DNA of 64,000 nt from an uncultured Candidatus Saccharibacteria bacterium. Lineage in GTDB: Bacteria; Patescibacteriota; Saccharimonadia; CAILAD01; BJGX01. The notes beneath the pieces are model-generated. The model searched no databases. It was not told the DNA's origin and saw only the letters and a program-made list of their open reading frames with translations. Shown here in pieces: positions 37,644 to 47,179 of this stretch. Position 1 is the stretch's first letter. The number at the start of each line of letters is the position of its first letter. A program made the position numbers and the translations under genes. Where the stretch lies: assembly GCA_964552475.1 (NCBI GenBank), contig CAZKFZ010000005.1:6224-70223 (forward strand). Reading direction: 5' to 3'.

Positions 37644-38189
37644 TTATCCTGCCGTCTTAGCTGCTGTTTTACCAGCTTTTCTACGAACTACTTCGTCTTG
37701 ATATCTTATGCCCTTACCCTTGTATGGTTCTGGCTTCTTAAATTCTCGAATAGCTGCAGCCACTGAGCCTACTTTTTGCTTATCTACTCCACTAACCGTA
37801 ATAGTGGTCTGCTCTACCTTGAGATCAATGCCTTCTGGGGTAATGTATTCTACAGGGTGAGAAAAACCAAGGTTCAGAACTAATTTATTACCCTGCAATG
37901 AAACTCTAAATCCAACCCCATTCACCTCAAGAGTCTTACTAAATCCTTCTGAAACTCCTTTAATTGTATTGCCAATTAAAGTTCTCTGTAGACCCCAAAA
38001 CTGTGCTAGCTCTTTACTGTCGTCTTTTGGTGTAATTTCAATTCTATTCTCTTTTTGGACTACATTAAAGCCATCCATTATTTGAACTGCTAGCTCGCCT
38101 TTAGGCCCTTTTGCTACAAAACTCTGGTCTTCTATTTCGATATTTGTACCATTCGGTACTTCTACTGGTAATTTTCCAATTCTACTCAT
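37644..38189 (-). CDS. rplF: 50S ribosomal protein L6
   Basis: MSRIGKLPVEVPNGTNIEI and a two-domain L6 fold signature. Confidence 0.93.
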   Translation of the reverse strand: MSRIGKLPVEVPNGTNIEIEDQSFVAKGPKGELAVQIMDGFNVVQKENRIEITPKDDSKELAQFWGLQRTLIGNTIKGVSEGFSKTLEVNGVGFRVSLQGNKLVLNLGFSHPVEYITPEGIDLKVEQTTITVSGVDKQKVGSVAAAIREFKKPEPYKGKGIRYQDEVVRRKAGKTAAKTAG

Positions 38190-38196
38190 GATACAC

Positions 38197-38586
38197 CTAA
38201 TAAACCGTACATATTAATTCGCCACCGATACCTTTGTTGCGTGCTTCTTTGTCGGTCATAATACCTGACGGAGTTGATATAATAACAATTCCACGGCCAC
38301 CTAGTACATAAGGGATGTCGGTCTTTGGAGCATACATACGTCGTCCTGGTTTACTTACCCGAGTAATTGTATTGATCTTGCGGTTAGATCCGCTAATCTG
38401 TAGCTCTAAAGATGCAAAAGCACCATTCTTCTGTTCTTTTACTCCAGCAATAAAGCCTTGGTCTTTAAGGATTTGTGCAATTGCAAGTTTGATTTTTGAG
38501 TAGGGAACAGTAACGGTTGATTTATTTGCACTCAAACCGTTGCGTATTCTTGTTAGCATGTCTGCGATTGGATCTGTTGTCATCAT
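38197..38586 (-). CDS. rpsH: 30S ribosomal protein S8
   Basis: DPIADMLTRIRNG; C-terminal GGELICTVY. Confidence 0.93.
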   Translation of the reverse strand: MMTTDPIADMLTRIRNGLSANKSTVTVPYSKIKLAIAQILKDQGFIAGVKEQKNGAFASLELQISGSNRKINTITRVSKPGRRMYAPKTDIPYVLGGRGIVIISTPSGIMTDKEARNKGIGGELICTVY

Positions 38587-38600
38587 ATATTCCTTAATTA

Positions 38601-38870
38601 TTACCAGCTAGATTTTGTTACACCAGGAATTCTTCCTTTGGAGGCCTGCTCTCGAAAAGTGATTCTGCTTAGGCCAAAATCCCGAATAAAAGCTCTGGGC
38701 CTACCGGTAATCTCGCATCTATTATGCAATCTTACTGGGTTGGCGTTTCTAGGAAGCTTAGCCAAACCTTCAATATCGCCGGCAGCCTTTAGCTGAGCTC
38801 TCTTGCTTGCATACTTAGCAGCAAGTTTTTGTCTTTTCAATTCACGTTGTACAAGTGCTTTTCTGGCCAT
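38601..38870 (-). CDS. rpsN: 30S ribosomal protein S14 (long, non-zinc type)
   Basis: [20 protein letters not shown]...[21 protein letters not shown]. The true start is at MARKAL; the ORF track extends upstream to 38900. Confidence 0.9.
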   Translation of the reverse strand: MARKALVQRELKRQKLAAKYASKRAQLKAAGDIEGLAKLPRNANPVRLHNRCEITGRPRAFIRDFGLSRITFREQASKGRIPGVTKSSW

Positions 38871-38871
38871 A

Positions 38872-39417
38872 TTACTTTCCTTTCTCCAATGGTAATCCAA
38901 GTTTTCTTAATAATGCTTGGGCATGATCTTTATTATTTGTTGAGGTAACTATAGTTGCCTGTAGTCCATGGGTAGCGCTTGCATCTTCAAAGTTAATTTC
39001 TGGAAACACGGTTTGGTCACTAAAGCCAATACTATAGTTGCCCTGAGGATCAAAGGCTTTTAGTGGTAGTCCGCGAAAATCGCGCATTCTAGGTATTACC
39101 ACCGCCACCATTCTGTCTAAAAAATCCCACATCCTCTCTCCTCGCAAAGTCACTTTCACGCCAATAGGGTTGCCTTCTCTAAGCTTGTAAGCTGCAATAC
39201 TATGACGAGCTTTAGTAACAACTGGTTTTTGACCACTAACTTTTGTTAGAGTTGAGGTTGCCGCTTCTAGGTGTTTACTGTCTTGAGTAGCTCTACCTAC
39301 TCCAGCGTTTATAACAATCTTAGTAATTGCTGGCACCTGATGAATATTGTCTAATTCAAGCTCAGACTTTAGCTCACTCTTGATATTCTTTTGGTATTTT
39401 TCTTGTAATCGATTCAT
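38872..39417 (-). CDS. rplE: 50S ribosomal protein L5
   Basis: [20 protein letters not shown]...[15 protein letters not shown]. Confidence 0.93.
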   Translation of the reverse strand: MNRLQEKYQKNIKSELKSELELDNIHQVPAITKIVINAGVGRATQDSKHLEAATSTLTKVSGQKPVVTKARHSIAAYKLREGNPIGVKVTLRGERMWDFLDRMVAVVIPRMRDFRGLPLKAFDPQGNYSIGFSDQTVFPEINFEDASATHGLQATIVTSTNNKDHAQALLRKLGLPLEKGK

Positions 39418-39785
39418 TTTTTAACCTCTTTTGGCGACTTTTTACTGTCGTTCTTGGTGGTTTTTGACTTGGTAGTATTCTTAAACTTAGAGACTTTATA
39501 TACCCGTTCTTTTTTGTTATTTTTACCTACTTTATAACCAATTCTTGCAGGGCGTCCCGATGAAGGATCTATAACCATTAACTTACTAGCGATTATAGGT
39601 TTCGTTAACTCTACAATACCGCCTTTAGGGTTTTTCTGAGATGGTTTGGTGTGTCGCTTTACAACATTCACGCCCTCTACTACCACCTGGGAAGTCTTAG
39701 GTAAAACAGCTAAAACTTCGCCCTTCTTGCCACGGTCTTTGCCCTGAATAACCATTACTTGGTCTTTCTTTTTCAGTTTCATACT
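39414..39785 (-). CDS. rplX: 50S ribosomal protein L24 with Lys-rich C-terminal extension
   Basis: MKLKKKDQVMVIQGKDRGKKGEVLAV (KOW). The ORF track starts at 39803. Confidence 0.9.
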   Translation of the reverse strand, partial: SMKLKKKDQVMVIQGKDRGKKGEVLAVLPKTSQVVVEGVNVVKRHTKPSQKNPKGGIVELTKPIIASKLMVIDPSSGRPARIGYKVGKNNKKERVYKVSKFKNTTKSKTTKNDSKKSPKEVKK

Positions 39786-40152
39786 AGAGCACCTCCGGAG
39801 CAAGAGAGATAATCTTCATGTAGCCGTGCTCTCTTAGTTCTCTTGTTACAGGACCAAAAATTCGTGTTCCAATTGGCAGTTTTGCTTTATCAATAATAAC
39901 TGCAGCGTTTTCATCAAAGCAGATTGCCGAACCGTCGGCTCTATTAATAGTTTTTTTAGTTCTAACTATAACAGCTCGAACAACCTCTTTTTTCTTAACC
40001 GCTCCGTTTGGTGTAGCAGTTTTTACAGAAGCAACAATAATATCACCAACTCTTGCGTAGCGTCGTTTACTGCCACCAAGTACCTTGATGCAGTAAATTT
40101 CTTTTGCTCCTGTGTTGTCAGCAACCCTTAGTCGGGTTTCGGCTTGTATCAT
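39784..40152 (-). CDS. rplN: 50S ribosomal protein L14
   Basis: [39 protein letters not shown]. Confidence 0.93.
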   Translation of the reverse strand: MIQAETRLRVADNTGAKEIYCIKVLGGSKRRYARVGDIIVASVKTATPNGAVKKKEVVRAVIVRTKKTINRADGSAICFDENAAVIIDKAKLPIGTRIFGPVTRELREHGYMKIISLAPEVL

Positions 40153-40400
40153 TTTTTCTCCTTACGCTCCTGCAATAGTTTGCTCACCTCAAAGTGTTTA
40201 TCGCGACTAATTGGTCGGGTTTCGATAATTTCAACCATATCACCTGGTTTATACTGGTTTTTTTCATCATGTGCTTTAAAAGTATTAGTAACCTTGTATC
40301 GCTTCTTATAAATTGGGTGTGTTTTATAACGTTCTACAGAAACCACAACGGTTTTATCCATTTTATTACTTACGACTTTACCGGTAATTGTGCGGCTCAT
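40149..40400 (-). CDS. rpsQ: 30S ribosomal protein S17
   Basis: [33 protein letters not shown]. Confidence 0.93.
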   Translation of the reverse strand: MSRTITGKVVSNKMDKTVVVSVERYKTHPIYKKRYKVTNTFKAHDEKNQYKPGDMVEIIETRPISRDKHFEVSKLLQERKEKK

Positions 40401-40597
40401 TTGGATTCTCCTTTAGTGTTTTCACCCAAAACAGTTAAAATTCTAGCTATATCCTTTTTTATAGCTGCTATCTGCTTAACATTCTTTACTTCCTTTGTTC
40501 GATATTCTACGGATACAGCTGTGAGCTGGCTTCTCAGCTCGTCAAGGTTTTTTGTAAGTTCTTTTTCTGATTTTGCTCGCATATCTTTAGCCTTCAT
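40397..40597 (-). CDS. rpmC: 50S ribosomal protein L29
   Basis: [25 protein letters not shown]. An alternative start is at 40612. Confidence 0.88.
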   Translation of the reverse strand: MKAKDMRAKSEKELTKNLDELRSQLTAVSVEYRTKEVKNVKQIAAIKKDIARILTVLGENTKGESK

Positions 40598-41018
40598 GAC
40601 TTTCTCCTGCATGACCTTTAACTAAAAACTTTGTGCGTACAGGTAACTTCATAGCACCCAAACGCATAGCTTCTTTTGCGGTTGCTTCATCTACGCCATC
40701 CATTTCAAATAAGATTTTGCCAGCCTGTACTCTAGCCACGTAGTGATCTAGGGCGCCTTTACCAGAACCCATCCTAACTTCAGCGGGCTTACGAGTTACA
40801 GGAGTGTGCGGGAATATTCGTATCCATATTTTACCACCACGCTTTACATAACGAGTCATTGCACGTCTAGCGGCTTCTATCTGTCGAGATGTTACTCTTT
40901 CATTATCCATGCTTTTTAAGCCGTATCGACCAAAGTTAATATCAGAACCTCTAGACGAGACTCCTCTATTTCGACCCTTCATTGCCTTTCTGTACTTGGT
41001 TTTTCTTGGTAACAACAT
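40587..41018 (-). CDS. rplP: 50S ribosomal protein L16
   Basis: [19 protein letters not shown]...[22 protein letters not shown]. Confidence 0.93.
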   Translation of the reverse strand: MLLPRKTKYRKAMKGRNRGVSSRGSDINFGRYGLKSMDNERVTSRQIEAARRAMTRYVKRGGKIWIRIFPHTPVTRKPAEVRMGSGKGALDHYVARVQAGKILFEMDGVDEATAKEAMRLGAMKLPVRTKFLVKGHAGESHEG

Positions 41019-41020
41019 AA

Positions 41021-41638
41021 CTATCCTTTATAAATCCAGACTTTTACACCGATAATTCCATAGGTAGTTTGAGCACTAGCTGTACCATAATCAATATTAG
41101 CCTTAATAGTATGAAGAGGAATACTACCTTGAGATGTGCTCTCGCGTCGAGCCATTTCTGCGCCATTGAGTCTACCAGATACTGTAATCTTTGCTCCTAG
41201 CATACCAGCCTTCATAGCGTTCTCACACGCCCCCTTAATGACACGTCTAAAGGCCATTCTACGCTCTAGTTGGGATGCGACATTTTCAGCAATCAGTTGA
41301 GCGTGAGTTTCGGGATTTTTCATCTCCTCAATATTAAGCTTCAACTCTTCTTTGGTGAGCTTAGTTAATTCCTTTTTCAAACCTTCTACACCAACTCCAC
41401 CACGCCCAATTACTACACCTGGCTTACTAGTAAATATAGTTACAACTAGTTGACCTGTAGATCTTTCTATCTCTACTTTACCAACACCAGCTCTAAATCC
41501 TAGCTTTTTAGAAATAGTGTCACGTATTTTAATATCAGCAATTAATTTATCGCGGAATTGTTTACCACCAAACCACTTACTTTCCCAGTCCTTGGTTGCC
41601 GGTAGTCTTAGGCTAATTGGATTTACTTTTTGTCCCAT
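41021..41638 (-). CDS. rpsC: 30S ribosomal protein S3
   Basis: [12 protein letters not shown]...KH domain...[23 protein letters not shown]. Confidence 0.93.
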   Translation of the reverse strand: MGQKVNPISLRLPATKDWESKWFGGKQFRDKLIADIKIRDTISKKLGFRAGVGKVEIERSTGQLVVTIFTSKPGVVIGRGGVGVEGLKKELTKLTKEELKLNIEEMKNPETHAQLIAENVASQLERRMAFRRVIKGACENAMKAGMLGAKITVSGRLNGAEMARRESTSQGSIPLHTIKANIDYGTASAQTTYGIIGVKVWIYKG

Positions 41639-42042
41639 TATTTTTTCACCTCAGTTTTACTTGCTGATTTATTATTAGTGTTGTTTTTATCAAGCTTAGT
41701 CTTAGAATTTGGTTGGTCGCTAACTACAATAGTAAGATGTGCTCTTTGATGCTCAATCGGTGCTGTCATTCCACGTGATCTTGGTCGCCAACGCTTAAGC
41801 TTGGTAGCCTGATCTACTCTTATTTCATCTATAACTAGCTGGGTGATATTTGCACTATTGTTATTTGTAGCATTTGCAGAGGCGCTCTTTAGTACATCAA
41901 AAGCCATGGTTGCACCTTTTTGAGGCTTTGCCGCTAACTGCTGTAAGGCAACGTTAACCGACTGACCAGACATACCATCTATAGAAACTCGTAGTTTTTG
42001 AGCTGATATTTTTAAATTTCGTCCAATAGCATGAACTCTCAT
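41638..42042 (-). CDS. rplV: 50S ribosomal protein L22 with short Lys/Asn-rich C-terminal tail
   Basis: RVHAIGRNLKISAQKLRVSIDGMSGQSVNVA. Confidence 0.9.
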   Translation of the reverse strand: MRVHAIGRNLKISAQKLRVSIDGMSGQSVNVALQQLAAKPQKGATMAFDVLKSASANATNNNSANITQLVIDEIRVDQATKLKRWRPRSRGMTAPIEHQRAHLTIVVSDQPNSKTKLDKNNTNNKSASKTEVKK

Positions 42043-42323
42043 TACTTGCCTCCCTCAGCCTTAGCGAGTTTGCCGCCGTGGCCTTTGAATTTACGAGTTG
42101 GAGAAAATTCTCCAAGCTTATGACCTACCATATTTTCAGTTATCAAGACTGGCACAAAAGTCTTACCGTTGTGTACAGCGATAGTTCTACCAACCATTTC
42201 TGGAGAAATAGTACTAGAGCGAGCCCAGGTTTTTATAATAGTTTTGTCTGTAGGGCTAAGCGCTACTACTTTTTTCAGTAGTTTTGCATCAATAAATAAA
42301 CCTTTTTTGGCTGATCGACTCAT
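42042..42323 (-). CDS. rpsS: 30S ribosomal protein S19
   Basis: [19 protein letters not shown]...[39 protein letters not shown]. Confidence 0.93.
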   Translation of the reverse strand: MSRSAKKGLFIDAKLLKKVVALSPTDKTIIKTWARSSTISPEMVGRTIAVHNGKTFVPVLITENMVGHKLGEFSPTRKFKGHGGKLAKAEGGK

Positions 42324-43153
42324 CGTTTACCTTTCTTTCTTGTTCGTACTATCATAGCGTTAGAGTATTTACGGCGTCTGGTTTTTAGACCAAGAGCAGG
42401 TTTACCCCAGGGTGTTTTAGGGTGTTTTAGACCAATTGGGCTACCACCTTCACCACCACCGTGTGGGTGATCTACTGGATTCATAGCCTTACCACGTACT
42501 TGCGGTCTACGACCCATATTACGCTTTCTACCAGCACTTCCAATCTTGATATTTTGGTGGTCTATGTTACCAACCTGACCTAGTGTAGCATGACAATCTC
42601 GGTGCACCAAACGAACTTCACCCGAAGGCAGTTTAACCTGTACAAATTCACCTTCTTTAGCAGCCAGTTGAGCTCTAGCACCTGCCGAACGAGCCATTTG
42701 TGCACCACCGCCAAGTTTTAGCTCAATATTACATATCACTGAACCAACCGGTATGTTACGTAGCGGCAGTCTATTGCCGGCTTTTACTTCCACATCTTTA
42801 CCAGAATTAATTTTTTTACCTACTCGCATAGTTGTGGTTGCTAATATATAAACCTTACTACCATCGGCTAGCTTAAGTAATGCAAGGTTAGCACTTCTGT
42901 TGGGATCGTATTCGATTGCAACTATTTCGGCGCCAGTGGTGTTGTCGAGCTTAAAGTCAACCATACGAATATGGCGTTTTACTCCACCACCTCTGTGTCG
43001 AATAGTGATCTTGCCTTGATTATTTCGGCCAGATTTCTGTTTTCGCTTAACAAGTAATGACTTTTCTGGGCGCTTTTTAGTAAGTATTGAAAAGTCAGCA
43101 ACACTCATGTTGCGTCTTGCTGAAGTATTTTGCTTTAATACTCTAGTTGCCAT
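42320..43153 (-). CDS. rplB: 50S ribosomal protein L2
   Basis: [19 protein letters not shown]...[13 protein letters not shown]. Confidence 0.95.
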   Translation of the reverse strand: MATRVLKQNTSARRNMSVADFSILTKKRPEKSLLVKRKQKSGRNNQGKITIRHRGGGVKRHIRMVDFKLDNTTGAEIVAIEYDPNRSANLALLKLADGSKVYILATTTMRVGKKINSGKDVEVKAGNRLPLRNIPVGSVICNIELKLGGGAQMARSAGARAQLAAKEGEFVQVKLPSGEVRLVHRDCHATLGQVGNIDHQNIKIGSAGRKRNMGRRPQVRGKAMNPVDHPHGGGEGGSPIGLKHPKTPWGKPALGLKTRRRKYSNAMIVRTRKKGKR

Positions 43154-43434
43154 TATTTACTTTCCTCAAACACGGCTATTTTCTGGCCTTTTTTAATTGT
43201 TACGTAAGCTCTTTTTTTATCTGTTCGCTTACCAGTAACACCCTTAAATTTCTTAATCTTACCTTTTAATACAGAAATTCTAACTTTTTCAACTTCTACC
43301 TTGAAGTTTTTGGCCACACTATCTGCTACCATAAGCTTGTTGGCATTTTTAGGTACTTCAAACATATAAGTTTTAGTAGATGCCAGGTGCATGCTTTTTT
43401 CTGTAATTATGGGTTTTAACACGATTTGACTCAT
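43153..43434 (-). CDS. rplW: 50S ribosomal protein L23
   Basis: ILKPIITEKSMHLASTKTYMFEVPKNANK. Confidence 0.9.
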   Translation of the reverse strand: MSQIVLKPIITEKSMHLASTKTYMFEVPKNANKLMVADSVAKNFKVEVEKVRISVLKGKIKKFKGVTGKRTDKKRAYVTIKKGQKIAVFEESK

Positions 43435-44060
43435 GATTTTTTACCCCCCAGCCACTTATCGAGCTCGTCTAAAGCAGGTTTTTCAAAAATAATACAATCA
43501 GCCTGCAAGATATCGTAGCTTCTTAGTTGGTTGTATTTTACCAACAACACCCCTGGTATATTTGCGACGCTTTTAATAAAATTGTCATCTACGCCAGCGT
43601 GCACTAATAACACATTGCCGTTTGCATCTAGCTTATCGAGTAGTTGATCGGCCAATTTAGTTTTGGGTTCTGACACCACAAATTTCTCAATCACCTTAGT
43701 GATAGAGCTCTGAGAAGACAAGGCCATTTTAATACTTGTACGAATCATGCCTTTTGGCATATCTTTTTGATAATTTTGTAAACCGGTTGGCCCGTGAGCT
43801 ACGCCACCATGTCGCCAAATATTTACTCTAGTTGAACCAAATCTTGCTCGACCAGTACCTTTTTGTCGCCATGGCTTTCTACCGCCGCCACGAACCTCAC
43901 CCCTGGTAAGTGTTTTGGCGTTGCTTTGTCGCAAGTTAGCTTGTGCTCTTACTACAGCTTGTTTTAGTAGATCCTGACTTATCTTAACCTCAAAGATAGC
44001 CTTTGATAGTGCGGTTTCACTAGATTTGTTTCCGGTGCGTGTATAGGTGATGGCTTTCAT
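43431..44060 (-). CDS. rplD: 50S ribosomal protein L4
   Basis: RQSNAKTLTRGEVRGGGRKPWRQKGTGRARFGS. Confidence 0.93.
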   Translation of the reverse strand: MKAITYTRTGNKSSETALSKAIFEVKISQDLLKQAVVRAQANLRQSNAKTLTRGEVRGGGRKPWRQKGTGRARFGSTRVNIWRHGGVAHGPTGLQNYQKDMPKGMIRTSIKMALSSQSSITKVIEKFVVSEPKTKLADQLLDKLDANGNVLLVHAGVDDNFIKSVANIPGVLLVKYNQLRSYDILQADCIIFEKPALDELDKWLGGKKS

Positions 44061-44689
44061 TTTACTATCCCCTGCACGCGTACCAGACCCTTTTTTGGTC
44101 CAGGCACAGCGCCTTTAATACCTAGAATGCTATTTTTGCTATCTATAAATACTACTTTTAGATTCTTAACTGTCACAGTATCGCGGCCCATACGTCCTGA
44201 CATTTTTTGACCTTTAAATACATGTTGTGGATAACCAGCACCAATAGAACCTGGTGCTCTATAATTGTGTGATCCGTGTGTTTTTGGCCCTCTAGAAAAG
44301 TTATGACGCTTGATAGTGCCGGCAAAGCCCTTACCTTTGCTAACTGCCTGTACAGTCACAGAGTCGCCTACTTCAAAGACATCGGTTTTTATAGAGTCAC
44401 CAACCGAGGGAAAATCTGATGTTTCACTAGTACCTTCTGCCAGATTAATACGAAATTCTGAGATATACTTGCTTGATGCTTTAGCCTTTTTTAGGTGACC
44501 AGCTTGTGGCTTGGCTATTTTTTTGGTTTCGCCCAGGCCCAATTGAACAGCGTTGTATCCGTCGGTGGTGTGGTCTTTTATTTGTGTAACAACACATTTC
44601 TCGGCTTCTAATAGCGTAACCGAACTCACCCGTCCTTTTTCGTCGAACAGTTGGGTCATTCCTAATTTTGTTGCTAGCAAAGCTTTCAT
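44057..44689 (-). CDS. rplC: 50S ribosomal protein L3
   Basis: MKALLATKLGMTQLFDEKG... The true start is at MKALLA (44689); the ORF track runs upstream to 44770. Confidence 0.9.
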   Translation of the reverse strand: MKALLATKLGMTQLFDEKGRVSSVTLLEAEKCVVTQIKDHTTDGYNAVQLGLGETKKIAKPQAGHLKKAKASSKYISEFRINLAEGTSETSDFPSVGDSIKTDVFEVGDSVTVQAVSKGKGFAGTIKRHNFSRGPKTHGSHNYRAPGSIGAGYPQHVFKGQKMSGRMGRDTVTVKNLKVVFIDSKNSILGIKGAVPGPKKGLVRVQGIVK

Positions 44690-44802
44690 AAAATATATCT
44701 TTTTAAAAAATAATAGCTGCGAAACAATTGGTTTCCAACACCTGTTGGACCTTAATGTTTTGCAGTTCACTCAGACCAAGAGCATTTTTATTAGTCGCGT
44801 AT

Positions 44803-44833
44803 AAGTGTATCAGATTACTATACCTGGTGTCAA
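44803..44833 (-). promoter_or_regulatory. Candidate sigma-70 promoter for rplC and downstream genes: -35 TTGACA, 19-nt spacer, -10 TACACT (minus strand)
   Basis: Plus strand carries tgtcaa at 44828-44833 and agtgta at 44803-44808. The same TTGACA/TACACT pair is found upstream of rpoB. Confidence 0.4.
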
Positions 44834-44906
44834 CACCCTGGTACTAGGGTTTGATATGTGATGATGTATTTTAGAAAATTTGCTATAAATTTACGTAACA
44901 AAAAGA

Positions 44907-44932
44907 AATACACCTCAAAAACAAGGTGTATT
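44907..44932. terminator. Intrinsic terminator 3' of the DUF4870 gene
   Basis: aatacacct caaaaacaa aggtgtatt: 9-bp stem. On the minus strand it is followed by a T-rich tract (ttctttttgtt). Confidence 0.5.
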
Positions 44933-44985
44933 ATCTAGATATATCACGCCTGAAATCTGTTTTTTATCAACTTTTAGCTAAAAAC

Positions 44986-45369
44986 TTACTTAATTAAGTG
45001 AATTCCACCAATAATAGGTAGTGGGGTTTTCTTCTTACCTACAGCGTTAACTATACCTATAATAGCTAGTACAAGTACGCCTAGGTAAACGAGCCACATT
45101 AACATCGAGATAATGCTATACAGTCCAAAGCCACCGTATCCTACTGAAGCAATAAAGATCATACCAAGAACAAAATTGACTACCCATAGCACTATCTCTA
45201 ATGCAAAGAGGGTAAGACCTTGTTTGGCGTGGAACTGGGCAAATTCTGAATCTTTTGCTGCTAGTAGAGGTATTAGGCAGAGTATACCTAGGTATGATAG
45301 CACTCCCATTAATACGTCGTTGTCACCACTTGATTTGGTTTTAGTTGCTGGTTGCTTTTCTTCGGGCAT
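44986..45369 (-). CDS. DUF4870-like small membrane protein inserted between rpsJ and rplC
   Basis: LMGVLSYLGILCLIPLLAAKDSEFAQFHAKQGLTLF resembles the DUF4870 signature; 3 TM. Confidence 0.55.
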   Translation of the reverse strand: MPEEKQPATKTKSSGDNDVLMGVLSYLGILCLIPLLAAKDSEFAQFHAKQGLTLFALEIVLWVVNFVLGMIFIASVGYGGFGLYSIISMLMWLVYLGVLVLAIIGIVNAVGKKKTPLPIIGGIHLIK

Positions 45370-45466
45370 GATTACTCCTTATTTATTGAATTGTTTACTT
45401 ATGGCTATTGTAAACCATTGGCTACTCTCACTGCAAGTACTTATGGTTATTTTTATGGTCTGTATC

Positions 45467-45494
45467 AAAAAAGCCCCTTTACTGGGGCTTTTTT
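45467..45494. terminator. Intrinsic terminator immediately 3' of rpsJ
   Basis: aaaaaagcccc tttact ggggctttttt: GC stem with poly-A/T flanks, 4 nt after the rpsJ stop. Confidence 0.7.
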
Positions 45495-45497
45495 GAT

Positions 45498-45836
45498 TTA
45501 CATTTTTATTTCAATATCTACACCAGCCGGCAAACTAAGATTCATGAGGTTATCAATTGTCTTAGGCGTAGGCTCGGTAATATCTATAAGACGCTTGTGA
45601 GTACGCATTTCAAATTGCTCACGTGAGGTTTTATACACATGGGGGCTTTTTACTACGGTGTATTTGCGCTTGTTGGTCGGTAGCGGAATAGGGCCGGCTA
45701 CATTGGCGTTGGTACGCACAGCTACATCTATTATTTGCTTAGTAGACTGGTCTATCACTTTATTGTCATAGGCTTTTAGTTTAATGCGTATGCGTTGCTT
45801 AGTCGATACTTCTGCTTCTGGTGTTGTAGGTGCCAT
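45498..45836 (-). CDS. rpsJ: 30S ribosomal protein S10
   Basis: [41 protein letters not shown]. Confidence 0.93.
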   Translation of the reverse strand: MAPTTPEAEVSTKQRIRIKLKAYDNKVIDQSTKQIIDVAVRTNANVAGPIPLPTNKRKYTVVKSPHVYKTSREQFEMRTHKRLIDITEPTPKTIDNLMNLSLPAGVDIEIKM

Positions 45837-45856
45837 AGTTTATTTATTACTTTGAA

Positions 45857-47041
45857 TTACTTGGTAATTTTAGTTACTACTCCGGCGCCAACAGTCTTAC
45901 CACCTTCACGAATTGCGAATCGCAGACCTTCGTCCATTGCGATTGGGGCAAGTAGTTTTACCTTGATACTAATATTATCTCCAGGCATAACCATCTCGGT
46001 ACCTTCTGGTAGTTCTACTTCGCCAGTAACGTCGGTAGTTCGGAAGTAGAATTGTGGTTTGTAACCCTTAAAGAATGGGGTGTGACGTCCACCTTCGTCT
46101 TTTTTAAGCACGTATATTTCGGCATCAAATTCAGTATGTGGTTTTACACTACCTGGTTTGGCTAGAACCTGACCACGTTCAATATCGTCGCGTTCTACTC
46201 CACGTAGTAATACACCAACATTGTCGCCTGCTTGACCTTCGTCGAGCATCTTTTTAAACATCTCTACGCCAGTTACGACTGTTTTGGTAGTATCTTTAAT
46301 ACCAACAATTTCAACTTCTTCGTTAACATTTACCTTACCTTGCTCAATACGACCAGTTGCTACTGTACCACGGCCTTTAATAGAGAAAACGTCTTCTATT
46401 GGCATAAGGAATGGTTTGTCTAGCTCACGCTTTGGTTCCGGAATATAGTCATCCATAGCTTTTACAAGCTCCATAATAGCTTCTTCGTTAGGACCGTCAC
46501 CCTCTAGTGCCTTAAGAGCAGAACCTTTTACAATAGGGGCATCTTTGTCGTATTCGTATTTTTCTAAGAGTTCGCGAATTTCAACTTCTACAAGCTCAGC
46601 AAGTTCTGGGTCGGCTTGATCCATTTTGTTCATAAATACGATAATTTTTGGTACACCAACCTGTTTGGCCAAGAGTACGTGCTCGCGAGTTTGAGGCATT
46701 GGGCCGTCAGCAGCACTTACTACCAATATTGCTCCGTCAATCTGAGCTGCACCAGTAATCATGTTCTTTACGTAGTCAGCGTGACCAGGCATATCTACGT
46801 GAGCGTAGTGGCGTTTTTCACTTTCGTATTCTTCGTGTGAGGTTGCAATAGTAATACCACGCTCTCGCTCTTCTGGAGCGTTGTCGATAGTAGCATAGTC
46901 AACTGGTTTGTTAATATCGCTAGGAAGTTTTTTTGATAGTACAGTTGTAATTGCTGCAGTTAGGGTAGTTTTACCATGGTCTACGTGACCCATAGTTCCT
47001 ACGTTTACGTGTGGTTTATCGCGCTTATATGATTCGGCCAT
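45857..47041 (-). CDS. tuf: Elongation factor Tu
   Basis: [36 protein letters not shown]; 394 aa. Confidence 0.97.
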   Translation of the reverse strand: MAESYKRDKPHVNVGTMGHVDHGKTTLTAAITTVLSKKLPSDINKPVDYATIDNAPEERERGITIATSHEEYESEKRHYAHVDMPGHADYVKNMITGAAQIDGAILVVSAADGPMPQTREHVLLAKQVGVPKIIVFMNKMDQADPELAELVEVEIRELLEKYEYDKDAPIVKGSALKALEGDGPNEEAIMELVKAMDDYIPEPKRELDKPFLMPIEDVFSIKGRGTVATGRIEQGKVNVNEEVEIVGIKDTTKTVVTGVEMFKKMLDEGQAGDNVGVLLRGVERDDIERGQVLAKPGSVKPHTEFDAEIYVLKKDEGGRHTPFFKGYKPQFYFRTTDVTGEVELPEGTEMVMPGDNISIKVKLLAPIAMDEGLRFAIREGGKTVGAGVVTKITK

Positions 47042-47127
47042 TGTTTCTCCTTATAGAAAATGATTATTTTAACTTTAGATTATTTTTTTAGACAATCAAA
47101 AAATCGCCTCAAAAATAGCTTGCTTAT

Positions 47128-47156
47128 AGTATAGTCAATATTGTCTGTTTTGTAAA
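47128..47156 (-). promoter_or_regulatory. Candidate tuf promoter: -35 TTTACA, 17-nt spacer, -10 TATACT (minus strand)
   Basis: Plus strand carries tgtaaa at 47151-47156 and agtata at 47128-47133, with an exact 17-nt spacing. Confidence 0.45.
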
Positions 47157-47179
47157 GAGGTAATTATATTGAGTTTTTT

